Of a DNA stretch of 64,000 bases, positions 41,101 through 51,233 are shown piece by piece. The first letter of the stretch is position 1, and each line of letters begins with the position of its first letter. Made by a program: the position numbers and the translations under genes. This DNA comes from an uncultured Bacteroidales bacterium. GTDB taxonomy: Bacteria; Bacteroidota; Bacteroidia; Bacteroidales; JAEINX01. The DNA is taken from contig CAYWXI010000025.1 of the NCBI GenBank assembly GCA_964462015.1, positions 3,329 to 67,328 of the forward strand, given 5' to 3'. The notes under the pieces are model-generated. The model saw only the letters and a list, made by a program, of their open reading frames with translations, was not told the DNA's origin and did no database searches.

Positions 41101-42183
41101 ATGAATAAACGTGCACATTTAATTTTAGAAGACGGTACACAATTAGAAGGCATAGCTTTTGGGTATGAAATGTCGGTATCAGGTGAGCTTGTTTTTAATA
41201 CTGCTATGACGGGGTATCCCGAGAGTTTAACAGATCCGTCGTATAAAGGGCAACTTTTAGTTTCAACCTATCCTTTAATTGGAAATTATGGTGTACCCGA
41301 TAAATCGAAAAAGTATAAAATCCTGGAGTTTTATGAATCGGATAAGATACAGGTATCAGCTCTGATTATTTCCGAGTATTCGCAAAAATACAATCATTGG
41401 AATGCCAATAAAAGCTTAAATGATTGGATGATAGAAAATAAAGTGCCCGGTATATATGGTGTCGATACTCGTATGCTGACAAGTATATTACGAGAAAAAG
41501 GATCAATGCTTGGTAAAATTGTGATTAATGATGAGGACGTAAATTTCTACAATCCTAATAATGATAATCTAGTTGATATAGTTAGTATAAACGCAAAGCA
41601 GATTTATGGCAATGGTAAATATAAAGTATTATTGATAGATTGTGGGGTAAAGAATAATATTATTCGTCACTTTTTAGCAAGAGATGTCACAGTAATACGA
41701 GTTCCCTGGAATTACGATTTTAGTAATGAAGAATACGATGGCCTCTTTATTTCTAACGGACCCGGCGATCCTGAAAAATGCACAGAAACAATTAACAATT
41801 TAAAGATAGCCTTTGAAAACAATAAGCCAATATTTGGTATTTGTTTAGGCCATCAATTAATGGCTTTAGCAAAAGGAACACGAACTTACAAGCTAAAATA
41901 CGGGCACAGAAGCCATAATCAGCCGGTTTTGCAAACAGGAACAAACAAAGCATACATTACTTCACAAAATCACGGTTATGCAGTTGATGAAAAATCAATA
42001 CATAAAGACTGGAAAAGTTTTTTTATAAATCTTAATGATAAAACAAACGAAGGTTTAAAACACAAAACAAAGCCATTTTTCTCAACTCAATTTCACCCCG
42101 AAGCATCGGGTGGCCCAACAGATACTGAGTTTTTATTCGATGAATTTATTGAATTAATTAAGAAAAACTCTCAAAATAAATAA
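41101..42183 (+). CDS. carA: Carbamoyl-phosphate synthase small (glutamine amidotransferase) subunit
   Basis: LILEDGTQLEGIAFG...FNTAMTGYPESLTDPSYKGQ. Catalytic GICLGHQL. QFHPEASGGPTD. Confidence 0.93.
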   Translation: MNKRAHLILEDGTQLEGIAFGYEMSVSGELVFNTAMTGYPESLTDPSYKGQLLVSTYPLIGNYGVPDKSKKYKILEFYESDKIQVSALIISEYSQKYNHWNANKSLNDWMIENKVPGIYGVDTRMLTSILREKGSMLGKIVINDEDVNFYNPNNDNLVDIVSINAKQIYGNGKYKVLLIDCGVKNNIIRHFLARDVTVIRVPWNYDFSNEEYDGLFISNGPGDPEKCTETINNLKIAFENNKPIFGICLGHQLMALAKGTRTYKLKYGHRSHNQPVLQTGTNKAYITSQNHGYAVDEKSIHKDWKSFFINLNDKTNEGLKHKTKPFFSTQFHPEASGGPTDTEFLFDEFIELIKKNSQNK

Positions 42184-42249
42184 TGCTACAATTACAAAGA
42201 CAGCGGCAGCAGACAATTGCTAAAATGCGAGAATAAAAACAATTCACTT

Positions 42250-45200
42250 ATGATTAATAATTCAATAAAAAAAGTACTTGTTCTTGGATCGGGAGCATTA
42301 AAAATTGGCGAAGCCGGCGAATTTGATTACTCAGGCTCACAAGCATTAAAGGCATTAAAAGAAGAAGGCATAAAAACAATTTTAATTAATCCTAATATTG
42401 CAACAATACAAACATCTAACGAAATTGCAGACACAATTTATTATTTGCCGGTAACACCAGACTTTGTTGTAAAAATTATTGAAAAGGAAAAACCCGATGG
42501 TATTTTACTTGCTTTTGGTGGACAAACAGCCTTAAATTGTGGTGTTGCACTACACAAAAACAATATTTTCCGGAAATACGATATTGAAGTTTTAGGAACG
42601 CCGGTTCAGTCAATTATTGACACTGAAGACCGTGAGTTATTTATTGACAGACTAAACCAAATAAATGTAAAAACAGCCAAAAGTATTGCTACAACAAGTA
42701 TTGATGAAGCTCTTGTTGCCTCTAATTCAATAGGCTATCCGGTTATTTTACGGGCAGCTTACACATTAGGCGGACAAGGCAGCGGATTTTGTAATAATAA
42801 CGAGGAATTAAAAACCCTGGCAAATACTGCTTTTTCTTTTTCAGGCCAGGTATTAGTTGAAGAATCATTAAAAGGATGGAAGGAAGTTGAATACGAAGTG
42901 GTTCGTGATAAATTCGATAATTGTATTACGGTTTGTAATATGGAGAATTTCGATCCTTTGGGAATACACACAGGTGAAAGTATTGTAGTTGCACCATCTC
43001 AAACTTTAACAAACTCTGAATATCATAAATTAAGAGAAATTGCTATAAAAATTGTCAGAAAGATTGGTGTTGTAGGTGAATGCAACGTACAATATGCTTT
43101 AGATCCTAAGTCAGAGGATTACAGAGTAATTGAGGTTAATGCCCGTCTTTCGCGTTCTTCAGCATTAGCATCTAAAGCTACGGGGTATCCTTTAGCTTTT
43201 GTTGCAGCTAAACTGGGTTTAGGTTATGGTTTACATCAATTAAAAAATAGTGTAACAAAAACAACTACGGCTTTCTTTGAACCATCATTAGACTATATTG
43301 TTTGTAAAATTCCACGCTGGGATTTAAACAAATTTGCGGGTGTTACTAAAGAAATTGGTTCATCTATGAAAAGTGTAGGTGAAGTAATGGCAATAGGCAG
43401 AAGTTTTGAGGAAGCCATTCAAAAGGGATTGCGAATGATTGGCCAGGGCATGCATGGATTTACAGCAAATAAAGATTTTGCAGTTGATGATATTGAAAAA
43501 GAGCTGAGTAAGCCTACCGATATGCGAATTTTTATTATCGCACACGCTCTTAAACAAGGCTTCTCAACTTCTAAAATTCACGATTTAACAAGTATTGACA
43601 ACTGGTTTTTAGAAAAGTTAAAAAATATTTTAGATGCTGAAAATAATTTAGCGAGGCAAAATTCTCTTAATGATTTAAGTAAACCGGAACTTTTAGATGC
43701 AAAACAAAAAGGATTTTCTGATTTTCAGATTGCACGAATTGTTTTAAAAAGTAGTGATGAAAATATAGAAAAAAATTTGCTAAAAGTAAGAGAATACAGG
43801 AAAAAGGTAAATATATTACCGGTAGTTAAACAGATAGATACATTAGCCGGCGAATTCCCTGCTCAAACAAACTATTTGTATCTGACTTATCACGGCATAA
43901 CATCCGATGTACATTATGAAGATGATAAAAAATCAGTTATTGTATTGGGCTCGGGTGCTTATCGTATAGGAAGCAGTGTGGAATTTGATTGGAGTAGTGT
44001 AAATACTCTAAATACTATTACTAAAGCCGGGTATCGATCGGTAATGATAAATTATAATCCTGAAACTGTTAGTACAGATTATGATGTTTGCGATCGTTTA
44101 TATTTCGAAGAACTTTCTTTTGAAAGAGTTTTGGATATTATTGATTTTGAAAAACCTAAAGGAGTTATTGTTTCAGTTGGCGGGCAAATTCCAAATAATT
44201 TATCGCTGCGTTTGTTTAATGAAAATATTAATATCCTTGGCACTTCCCCAATTTCTATTGATAGAGCCGAAGATAGAAATAAGTTTTCTTCAATGTTAGA
44301 CAAGTTGAATATTGACCAACCGAGATGGAAAGAGTTAACAAGTTTAGAGGATATCAACCGTTTTGCAGATGAAGTAGGTTTTCCAATATTAATACGTCCG
44401 TCATACGTTTTATCAGGTGCCGCAATGAATGTAGTATCTAATAAATCGGAATTGGAACATTTTTTAATTTTGGCAGCCAAAGTTTCAAAAAAGCACCCCG
44501 TAGTTGTATCGGAATTTATTGAGCAGGCAAAAGAAATTGAGTTTGATGCTGTAGCAAATAAGGGTGCTATAATATTGTATGCTATTTCAGAACATATTGA
44601 ATATGCAGGAGTTCATTCAGGAGATGCTACCCTTGTTTTCCCTCCACAAAAGGTTTATTTTGAAACCATTAGAAGAATTAAAAAAGTAGCCGGACATATA
44701 GCAAAAGAATTAAATATATCAGGCCCATTTAATATACAGTTTTTAGCAAGATATAATGATGTTAAGGTTATAGAAACTAACCTTCGTGCGTCAAGAAGTT
44801 TCCCTTTTGTTTCAAAAATATCTAATCAGAATTTCATAGATACTGCCACAAAAGTTATGTTAGGAATAAATGTTGAAAAACCCGATAAATCTATTTTTGA
44901 AATAGAATACATTGGCATTAAAGCGTCACAGTTTTCTTTCTCTAGATTATCAAAAGCCGATCCTGTTTTGGGTGTCGACATGTCATCAACCGGTGAGGTA
45001 GGCTGTATTGGAGATGATTACTACGAAGCTGTACTCAAAGCAATGCTTTCGGTAGGATATAAAATTCCCCAAAAGGGAGTTTTAATATCAAGCGGTGATA
45101 TTCGCTCTAAAGTAGAGTTATTAAACTCATGCAGGGCTATGCACAATATGGGCTTACCTCTATTTGCAACTAAAGGTACAAGCGATTTTTTGAAAAGAAA

Positions 45201-45480
45201 TAATATACCTTCAGGCATTTTACACTGGCCTGATGACGACAATCAACCAAATGTAATAAATAACATGAAAGACGGTAAAATAGATTTTGTTGTAAATATT
45301 CCAAAAAACTTTTCAGAAAACGAATTGTTTAACGATTACGAAATCAGGCGTAGTGCAATAGATTTAAATATTCCTTTAGTAACGAATGCCCGCCTGGCAA
45401 GTGCATTTATTATGGCTTTCACATCAATAGATTTTCAAGATATGTCGATAAAAAGCTATAATGAGTATTTGGTTGAATAA
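42250..45480 (+). CDS. carB: Carbamoyl-phosphate synthase large subunit
   Basis: KKVLVLGSGALKIGEAGEFDYSGSQALKALKEEG. Two ATP-grasp halves (second: VIVLGSGAYRIGSSVEFDW). An MGS-like C-terminus. Start placed at MINNSIKK. Confidence 0.93.
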   Translation: MINNSIKKVLVLGSGALKIGEAGEFDYSGSQALKALKEEGIKTILINPNIATIQTSNEIADTIYYLPVTPDFVVKIIEKEKPDGILLAFGGQTALNCGVALHKNNIFRKYDIEVLGTPVQSIIDTEDRELFIDRLNQINVKTAKSIATTSIDEALVASNSIGYPVILRAAYTLGGQGSGFCNNNEELKTLANTAFSFSGQVLVEESLKGWKEVEYEVVRDKFDNCITVCNMENFDPLGIHTGESIVVAPSQTLTNSEYHKLREIAIKIVRKIGVVGECNVQYALDPKSEDYRVIEVNARLSRSSALASKATGYPLAFVAAKLGLGYGLHQLKNSVTKTTTAFFEPSLDYIVCKIPRWDLNKFAGVTKEIGSSMKSVGEVMAIGRSFEEAIQKGLRMIGQGMHGFTANKDFAVDDIEKELSKPTDMRIFIIAHALKQGFSTSKIHDLTSIDNWFLEKLKNILDAENNLARQNSLNDLSKPELLDAKQKGFSDFQIARIVLKSSDENIEKNLLKVREYRKKVNILPVVKQIDTLAGEFPAQTNYLYLTYHGITSDVHYEDDKKSVIVLGSGAYRIGSSVEFDWSSVNTLNTITKAGYRSVMINYNPETVSTDYDVCDRLYFEELSFERVLDIIDFEKPKGVIVSVGGQIPNNLSLRLFNENINILGTSPISIDRAEDRNKFSSMLDKLNIDQPRWKELTSLEDINRFADEVGFPILIRPSYVLSGAAMNVVSNKSELEHFLILAAKVSKKHPVVVSEFIEQAKEIEFDAVANKGAIILYAISEHIEYAGVHSGDATLVFPPQKVYFETIRRIKKVAGHIAKELNISGPFNIQFLARYNDVKVIETNLRASRSFPFVSKISNQNFIDTATKVMLGINVEKPDKSIFEIEYIGIKASQFSFSRLSKADPVLGVDMSSTGEVGCIGDDYYEAVLKAMLSVGYKIPQKGVLISSGDIRSKVELLNSCRAMHNMGLPLFATKGTSDFLKRNNIPSGILHWPDDDNQPNVINNMKDGKIDFVVNIPKNFSENELFNDYEIRRSAIDLNIPLVTNARLASAFIMAFTSIDFQDMSIKSYNEYLVE

Positions 45481-45541
45481 CACCTATTGAAGGCTTGTAA
45501 TCTAAACTATTATTGTATTACTTTTTTAAAAATTCATACAA

Positions 45542-47368
45542 TCAATAACTTATACATCGTACTGAATATCCATATATTTTATTATTACTGGCTTGGGGAA
45601 AATTTGTATTCGCGGAAAATAAGCTACTATACAAAGCAAGTACATTACTTGTTTCACTTGATGACCAAAAACGACAACTGGAACCTAAATAATAGAAATT
45701 TCCATAAAAGTTAACATATCCCCCAGGAAGAGCAGTATAACCACTTGAATTTGTTGCACCGGTATTTGGTGGATCCCAATGTACTGTTCCTTCTTCTTTC
45801 ATTTTACCACCTGCAATTTCATCTCCTCCAAGAAAATCGCTAAGAGTTGTCAAATCATCTTCGCCCGGAACGTGCCAACCGGTAGGGCAGATACCCTGTG
45901 AAAACTGCATTGTTGAATACTCCATCATTTCATCCCATTGATACAAACCGCCATATTCATCGCAGTTTGCAGAATTATCATCATAGCAATATTTTTCAAT
46001 CTCACCATTATTTGCCTGGTTAATACCGCCGGCAATCATTGTCCCGATATTTAAATTTTCTGCCATCCAACATTGTTCTCCAATTTGAACGGTATTATAA
46101 ACCTGTCCGTTACGAGAGTCTGTAAATGGCTGGCCGCAAGGATAGTTTGCGGGATATATTAAAACATCATCGGAATACATTTTAATAAGATATGCCTGGC
46201 CGGGGATAGAATTTCCAATTCCATTAACCCAATTAAGCCCGATTTTTTGTAATATTTCACCTTCCGAATTTCTGATAAATAATAGATTTTCGCCAATTAT
46301 TGAAGCAAAGGCATCCATGGCATCCATTTCATAAACCGGCAAATAACTAACAAACTGATAACCTTCATGCAAATTAACTGGAGTTGTTGGAGAAATTATT
46401 TCACCACTAATTGAAAACTGCCCAATTCCGTTATATTTAACCAAATAACCTTCAGTTTCTATCCAATCGCCAATTCCATTGACCCAGTAAGGCCCTATTT
46501 TTCTTAACATATCACCATCCGAATTTCTGATAAATAACAAATCATCTGTTAAAATTTCTGAGACCACCTCAATCATATCCGGATTTTCAAGTATAATTTG
46601 AGATGAAATAAATTGAAAGCCGGTTTCCAAATTATAGGTTTGATTAAATATGATAGGCTCTAAATTAAAATCAACTAAAATAGTTTCTTCTGAAATTACT
46701 TGCTGAGTAAACTTTGTTTGAGGATAAAATCTACTTGCATTTGCAGTAATATCATACGTTATGGGTTGAAGCCCTTCAAATAAATATGTCCCATTGCTTG
46801 ATGTAACAGTCTGATAAGAAGTGCCTTCTATTGTCACAACCGCACCCTCAATTACTTCATTTGATAAAGCACTTTTAACTGTTCCTACAATAGCACCTTC
46901 TCCTATATAAAAATTAAACTGAACCATGCTATATTGACCATCACCGGGAGGGAATACATTTCCTGTCCACGCGCCACCATAAGGATCAGAATAAATCACC
47001 TCAAATATTGCACATTCTACCTGCTCGCTTTCATCCCAGCATTTGAAAGACACCGGATTTCCCGGTGTATACCCAATTCCATACAAAAGAGTACCATGAG
47101 CTGTCATTAAGTTTTCAAATTGGTTATCGGGAGTACAAACCTGGGTTAAAGTAAAAGCTCCGACCATAATTTCTCCATCGAATATTGCAATTTCATCGCC
47201 GGACTCCAGATCAACATTATTTAATGTCGCTTCACCAATATATAATGCCCAATAAGGGAAATTACCACCTTCGAAATTAAAATGTCCTGTTTTCACTTGT
47301 GGAAAAGCTTCAATTGATGATAAAAGTAGAATTATCATCATTAACGAAATTGTGTAAAGTGTTTTCAT
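45542..47368 (-). CDS. Secreted FISUMP lectin-like protein, paralog 2
   Basis: Same architecture as paralog 1: MKTLYTISLMMIILLLSSIEAFPQ; GHFNFEGGNFPYWALYIGEATLNNVDLESGDEIAIFDG; R1-R2; [26 protein letters not shown]...GYSVRCISY. Confidence 0.88.
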   Translation of the reverse strand: MKTLYTISLMMIILLLSSIEAFPQVKTGHFNFEGGNFPYWALYIGEATLNNVDLESGDEIAIFDGEIMVGAFTLTQVCTPDNQFENLMTAHGTLLYGIGYTPGNPVSFKCWDESEQVECAIFEVIYSDPYGGAWTGNVFPPGDGQYSMVQFNFYIGEGAIVGTVKSALSNEVIEGAVVTIEGTSYQTVTSSNGTYLFEGLQPITYDITANASRFYPQTKFTQQVISEETILVDFNLEPIIFNQTYNLETGFQFISSQIILENPDMIEVVSEILTDDLLFIRNSDGDMLRKIGPYWVNGIGDWIETEGYLVKYNGIGQFSISGEIISPTTPVNLHEGYQFVSYLPVYEMDAMDAFASIIGENLLFIRNSEGEILQKIGLNWVNGIGNSIPGQAYLIKMYSDDVLIYPANYPCGQPFTDSRNGQVYNTVQIGEQCWMAENLNIGTMIAGGINQANNGEIEKYCYDDNSANCDEYGGLYQWDEMMEYSTMQFSQGICPTGWHVPGEDDLTTLSDFLGGDEIAGGKMKEEGTVHWDPPNTGATNSSGYTALPGGYVNFYGNFYYLGSSCRFWSSSETSNVLALYSSLFSANTNFPQASNNKIYGYSVRCISY

Positions 47369-47431
47369 AATAATTTGTTTTTAAAGGGTAAAGTGCAAAG
47401 TTTAAACCACGATTTTTAAAAATCCAAACAT

Positions 47432-49261
47432 TTACTCCCGTATGCAACGCACAGAATATCCGTGGGTCTTATTATAACAGCCCAGGTAATAAAAGTATGA
47501 ACTATAATAAGATAAGCTGCCATACATTGCATAATCATCTATGGTTTCGCTTGATGACCAAAAACGGAAACCGGCACCCAAATTTGAATATCCTGGGGGG
47601 ATAATATGTCCTCCCGGAAGAGCAGTAAAACCACTGGAATTTGTCGCTCCCAAATTTGGCGGATCCCAGTGTACTGTTCCGGTTTCTTTCATTTTTCCAC
47701 CCGCAATGTCTTCTCCTCCAAGAAAATCGCTAAGAGTTGCCATATTTTCAATGCGGGGAACATACCAACCAATGGGGCAGATCCCAGGTGAACACGGACT
47801 TATTGAGTACTCCATCATTTCATCCCATTGATATAAACCGCCATATTCATCACAATTTGCAGGATCATCATCATAACAATATTTTTCAATTTCACCATTA
47901 TTTGTCGGATCAAAACTGCTATTGATCATTGTTCCGATATTTAAATTTTCTGCCATCCAGCATTGTTCTCCTATTTGAACCGTATTGTAAACCTGCCCGT
48001 CACGGGAATCGGTAAATGCCTGGCCACAAGGAAAACTTGCGGGATATATTAAAACATCATCGGAATTCATTTTTATAAGATATGACTGGCCGGGAATAGA
48101 ATTTCCAATTCCATTAACCCAGTTTGGGCCAATTTTTTGTAACATTTCGCCTCCAGAATTTCTGATAAACAAAAGATTTTCGCCAATTATAGAAGTAAAA
48201 GCATCAATAGCATCCATTTCATAAACCGGCAAATAACTAACAAACTGAAAACCTGTTGTTAAATTAATTGGTGTTAATGGATTAATTATTTCACCACTAA
48301 TTGAAAATTCTCCGCTTCCGTTATATTTAATCAAATAACCCTCAGTTTCTATCCAATCGCCAATTCCATTTACCCAGTTTGGGCCAATTTTTCTTAACAT
48401 AAAGCCATCTGAATTTCTGATAAAAAGTAAATCATCAGTTAAAATTTCTGAGACAACATCCATCATATCCGGATTTTCAAGTATAATTTGTGATGAAACA
48501 AATTGAAAACCGGTTTCAATATTGTAAGTTTGAGTATAAATAATTGGCTCTAATTCAAAATCTACAATAATGACTTCATCTGAAATCACTTGTTGTTCAA
48601 ATATTGTTTGAGGATGAAACCTGCTTGCATTCGCAGTAATATTATGAGTTATGGGCATAACATCTGCAATTGAATATTTTCCATTGCACGATGTAAGCGT
48701 CTGTAAAGATGCGCCTTCAACCTTAACTATTGCACCCTCAATTACTTCATTTGACAAAGCACTTTTAACTGTTCCTCCAATAGTGCCCCCTATATAAAAA
48801 TTCAAATAAATCAAACAATATACACCATCATCAGTTGGGAATACATTTTCTGAACAACCTGTACCATAAGGATCAAAAAAACTAAACTCAAATAATGTAG
48901 ATTCCACTTGCTCACTTTCATCCCAGCATTTGAACAAAACCGGGTTTCCTGCAGTATAACCGGGCCCAGAAAGAAGCACACTAAAAGCTGTTAAATCGTT
49001 ATCAAAGGCGTTATCGGGAGTACAAACCTGATCTAAAGTAAAAGTTCCAACTATAGTTTCTCCATCGAAAACTGCAATTTCGTCTCCTGATTCCAGATCA
49101 ATACTATTTAATGTAGCTTCCATTATATATAGTGTCCATATAGGGGAACTGGGATCACCTCCTTCGAAATTAAAATGGCCTGTTTTCACTTGTGGAAAAG
49201 CTTCAAATGATGATAAAAGTAGAATTATCATCATTAACGAGATTTTGTAAAGTGTTTTCAT
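47432..49261 (-). CDS. Secreted FISUMP lectin-like protein, paralog 3
   Basis: MKTLYKISLMMIILLLSSFEAFPQ; same module order; 63-bp gap to paralog 2. Confidence 0.88.
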   Translation of the reverse strand: MKTLYKISLMMIILLLSSFEAFPQVKTGHFNFEGGDPSSPIWTLYIMEATLNSIDLESGDEIAVFDGETIVGTFTLDQVCTPDNAFDNDLTAFSVLLSGPGYTAGNPVLFKCWDESEQVESTLFEFSFFDPYGTGCSENVFPTDDGVYCLIYLNFYIGGTIGGTVKSALSNEVIEGAIVKVEGASLQTLTSCNGKYSIADVMPITHNITANASRFHPQTIFEQQVISDEVIIVDFELEPIIYTQTYNIETGFQFVSSQIILENPDMMDVVSEILTDDLLFIRNSDGFMLRKIGPNWVNGIGDWIETEGYLIKYNGSGEFSISGEIINPLTPINLTTGFQFVSYLPVYEMDAIDAFTSIIGENLLFIRNSGGEMLQKIGPNWVNGIGNSIPGQSYLIKMNSDDVLIYPASFPCGQAFTDSRDGQVYNTVQIGEQCWMAENLNIGTMINSSFDPTNNGEIEKYCYDDDPANCDEYGGLYQWDEMMEYSISPCSPGICPIGWYVPRIENMATLSDFLGGEDIAGGKMKETGTVHWDPPNLGATNSSGFTALPGGHIIPPGYSNLGAGFRFWSSSETIDDYAMYGSLSYYSSYFYYLGCYNKTHGYSVRCIRE

Positions 49262-49286
49262 AATATTTTGTTTTTAAAGCTTAAAT

Positions 49287-49341
49287 GGGAAATAGAGGTA
49301 TAAAGGTATAGCCTCTATTTCCCCTATTTCCATTATTTCCC
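49287..49341 (-). promoter_or_regulatory. GGGAAATA/TATTTCCC palindrome cluster between paralog 4 and paralog 3
   Basis: Perfect 12-bp stem gggaaatagagg (49287-49298) / cctctatttccc (49312-49323) with a 13-nt loop, plus two more TATTTCC copies. Begins about 20 nt upstream of the paralog 3 start. Confidence 0.6.
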
Positions 49342-49387
49342 TAATTTTCAATTTCATATATTTTTAATTTTTCAATGATTCATTCAA

Positions 49388-51184
49388 TTACTCCCGAATG
49401 CATCGCACAGAATATCCATGTGTCTTTTCAAAACCGGCCTGGTAGTAAAAACTTGAATTATAATAAGTTAAAGCACCATACAAAGCATAAATACTACTGC
49501 TTGATGACCAAAAACGGAAACCGGCACCCAAATTGAAATATTCTGATGAAATAATATGCCCTCCTGGAAGGCCGGTAAAACCACTTGAATTTGTTGCACC
49601 GGTATTTGGTGGATTCCAGTGTACTGTTCCGGCCTCCTTCATTTTACCACCTGCAATGTCTTCTCCTCCAAGAAAATCGCATAAGGTTGCCATATCCTCA
49701 TTACTGGGAATGTACCAACCAATGGGGCAGATTCCAGGTGAATACTGGATTGCAGAATACTCCATCATTTCATCCCATTGATATAAACCACCATATTCAT
49801 CACAATTTGCAGGATCATCATCATAACAATATTTTTCAATTTCACCATTATTTGTTGGCTCAATACTGCTGTTGATCATTGTTCCGATATTTAAGTTTTC
49901 TGCCATCCAGCATTGTTCTCCTATTTGTACGGTATTGTAAATCTGTCCATCACGTGAGTCAGTAAATGGCTGGCCACAAGGAAAGCTTGCGGGGTATATT
50001 AAAACATCATCGGAATTCGTTTTAATAAGATATGCTTGTCCGGGAACAGAATTCCCTATATTATTAACCCAGACAGGACCTATTTTCTGCAACATATTCC
50101 CTTCTGAATCCCTGATATAAACAAGATTATCACCAATAATAGAGGCAAAGGCCTCCATTGCATCCATCTCATAAAGTGGCAAATAGCTTATAAACTGAAA
50201 GCCTGTAGATAATGATATCGGTGTTGTTGGAGACATTAATTCTCCTGAAATTGTAAACTGCCCTGTACCGGAGTACTTCACAAGATATCCTTCGGTTTCA
50301 ATCCAGTCACCGATACCATTAACCCAATATGGCCCAATTTTCCTAAGCATCATTCCATCAGCATTCCTGATATAATGTAAATCATCGGTTAAAATATCTG
50401 AGATAACTTCCTCCATATCCGGATTCTCAAGAAATATTTGTGATGAAATAAATTGATAACCGGAATTAATGGTGTAGCTCTGAGAATGTATAACAGGATT
50501 TAATGAAAAATCAACAAAAATAGTATCGTCAGAAATTGCCTGATTATCGAAACTTACTTGAGGATAAAACCCGTAAGCACTTGCTCTGATGTTATAATTA
50601 AAGGGCATTACAGGTTCAAACAGGTATTTTCCTTCACTTGTAGTTATTGTTTGTAGAAATGTACCTTCAATTGACACTATTGCACCTTCAATTTTTTTGT
50701 CTGATAAGGAGCTTCTAACCGTACCGCTTATTGTGCCACCAAAATAAAAGTCCAATTGAATAATACAATACGGTTCATCTTGTGGAAATATATTATCCTC
50801 ACAGGGGCTTGTACCGTATGGATCAAAAGTGGTCATTACAAATAATGAAACTTCTCTTTGTAAACTTTCGTCCCAGCATTTGAAAAGCATTGGATTTCCG
50901 GGAGTATAACCAGGGCCGTTTAGCAGATCCCTGAATGCATATAATTCATTATCAAAGCAGTTATCCATAGTGCAAACCTGAGACAATGTCATTGCTCCAA
51001 CCATAATATCACCATCAAATATAGCAATTTCATCTCCGGCTTCCAGGTCGATATTTTCAAGCCTTGCACCGCCAATATATAAGGCTGTTATATTTGAAGT
51101 CGGATCGCCTCCTTCAAAAATAAAATGTCCTTCTCTTGTTTGTGTTAAAGTTTCAATTGACGATAAAAGTAGAATCATCATCAT
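49388..51184 (-). CDS. Secreted FISUMP lectin-like protein, paralog 4 (ancestral start codon apparently lost)
   Basis: Same module order. The in-frame upstream codons read KKTYYTISI before MMMILLLSS, i.e. homologous to MKTLYTISL of the other paralogs, but with AAG where they have ATG. Confidence 0.8.
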   Translation of the reverse strand: MMMILLLSSIETLTQTREGHFIFEGGDPTSNITALYIGGARLENIDLEAGDEIAIFDGDIMVGAMTLSQVCTMDNCFDNELYAFRDLLNGPGYTPGNPMLFKCWDESLQREVSLFVMTTFDPYGTSPCEDNIFPQDEPYCIIQLDFYFGGTISGTVRSSLSDKKIEGAIVSIEGTFLQTITTSEGKYLFEPVMPFNYNIRASAYGFYPQVSFDNQAISDDTIFVDFSLNPVIHSQSYTINSGYQFISSQIFLENPDMEEVISDILTDDLHYIRNADGMMLRKIGPYWVNGIGDWIETEGYLVKYSGTGQFTISGELMSPTTPISLSTGFQFISYLPLYEMDAMEAFASIIGDNLVYIRDSEGNMLQKIGPVWVNNIGNSVPGQAYLIKTNSDDVLIYPASFPCGQPFTDSRDGQIYNTVQIGEQCWMAENLNIGTMINSSIEPTNNGEIEKYCYDDDPANCDEYGGLYQWDEMMEYSAIQYSPGICPIGWYIPSNEDMATLCDFLGGEDIAGGKMKEAGTVHWNPPNTGATNSSGFTGLPGGHIISSEYFNLGAGFRFWSSSSSIYALYGALTYYNSSFYYQAGFEKTHGYSVRCIRE

Positions 51185-51233
51185 AATGGAGATTGTATAA
51201 TATGTTTTCTTATTTTTTTCTTTTAAAAGTTAA

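Noticed and set aside
40575-45480. argR-carAB as a horizontally inserted island splitting the lectin array.
   Set aside because: There is no integrase, IS element, tRNA target or flanking direct repeat, and the composition looks like the neighbours. I kept only the weaker statement that the array and its promoter block are duplicated on both sides.
38538-51184. Diversity-generating retroelement (DGR) acting on the FISUMP tips. FISUMP is lectin-fold-like, and the variable C-terminal segments are rich in Y/S/N/F/G, as DGR variable regions are.
   Set aside because: No reverse transcriptase, Avd-like gene or template repeat is present in the window. The paralog differences include indels and changes at all base types rather than adenine-specific substitutions against a template. 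Ordinary paralog divergence explains it better. A DGR elsewhere in the genome cannot be excluded.
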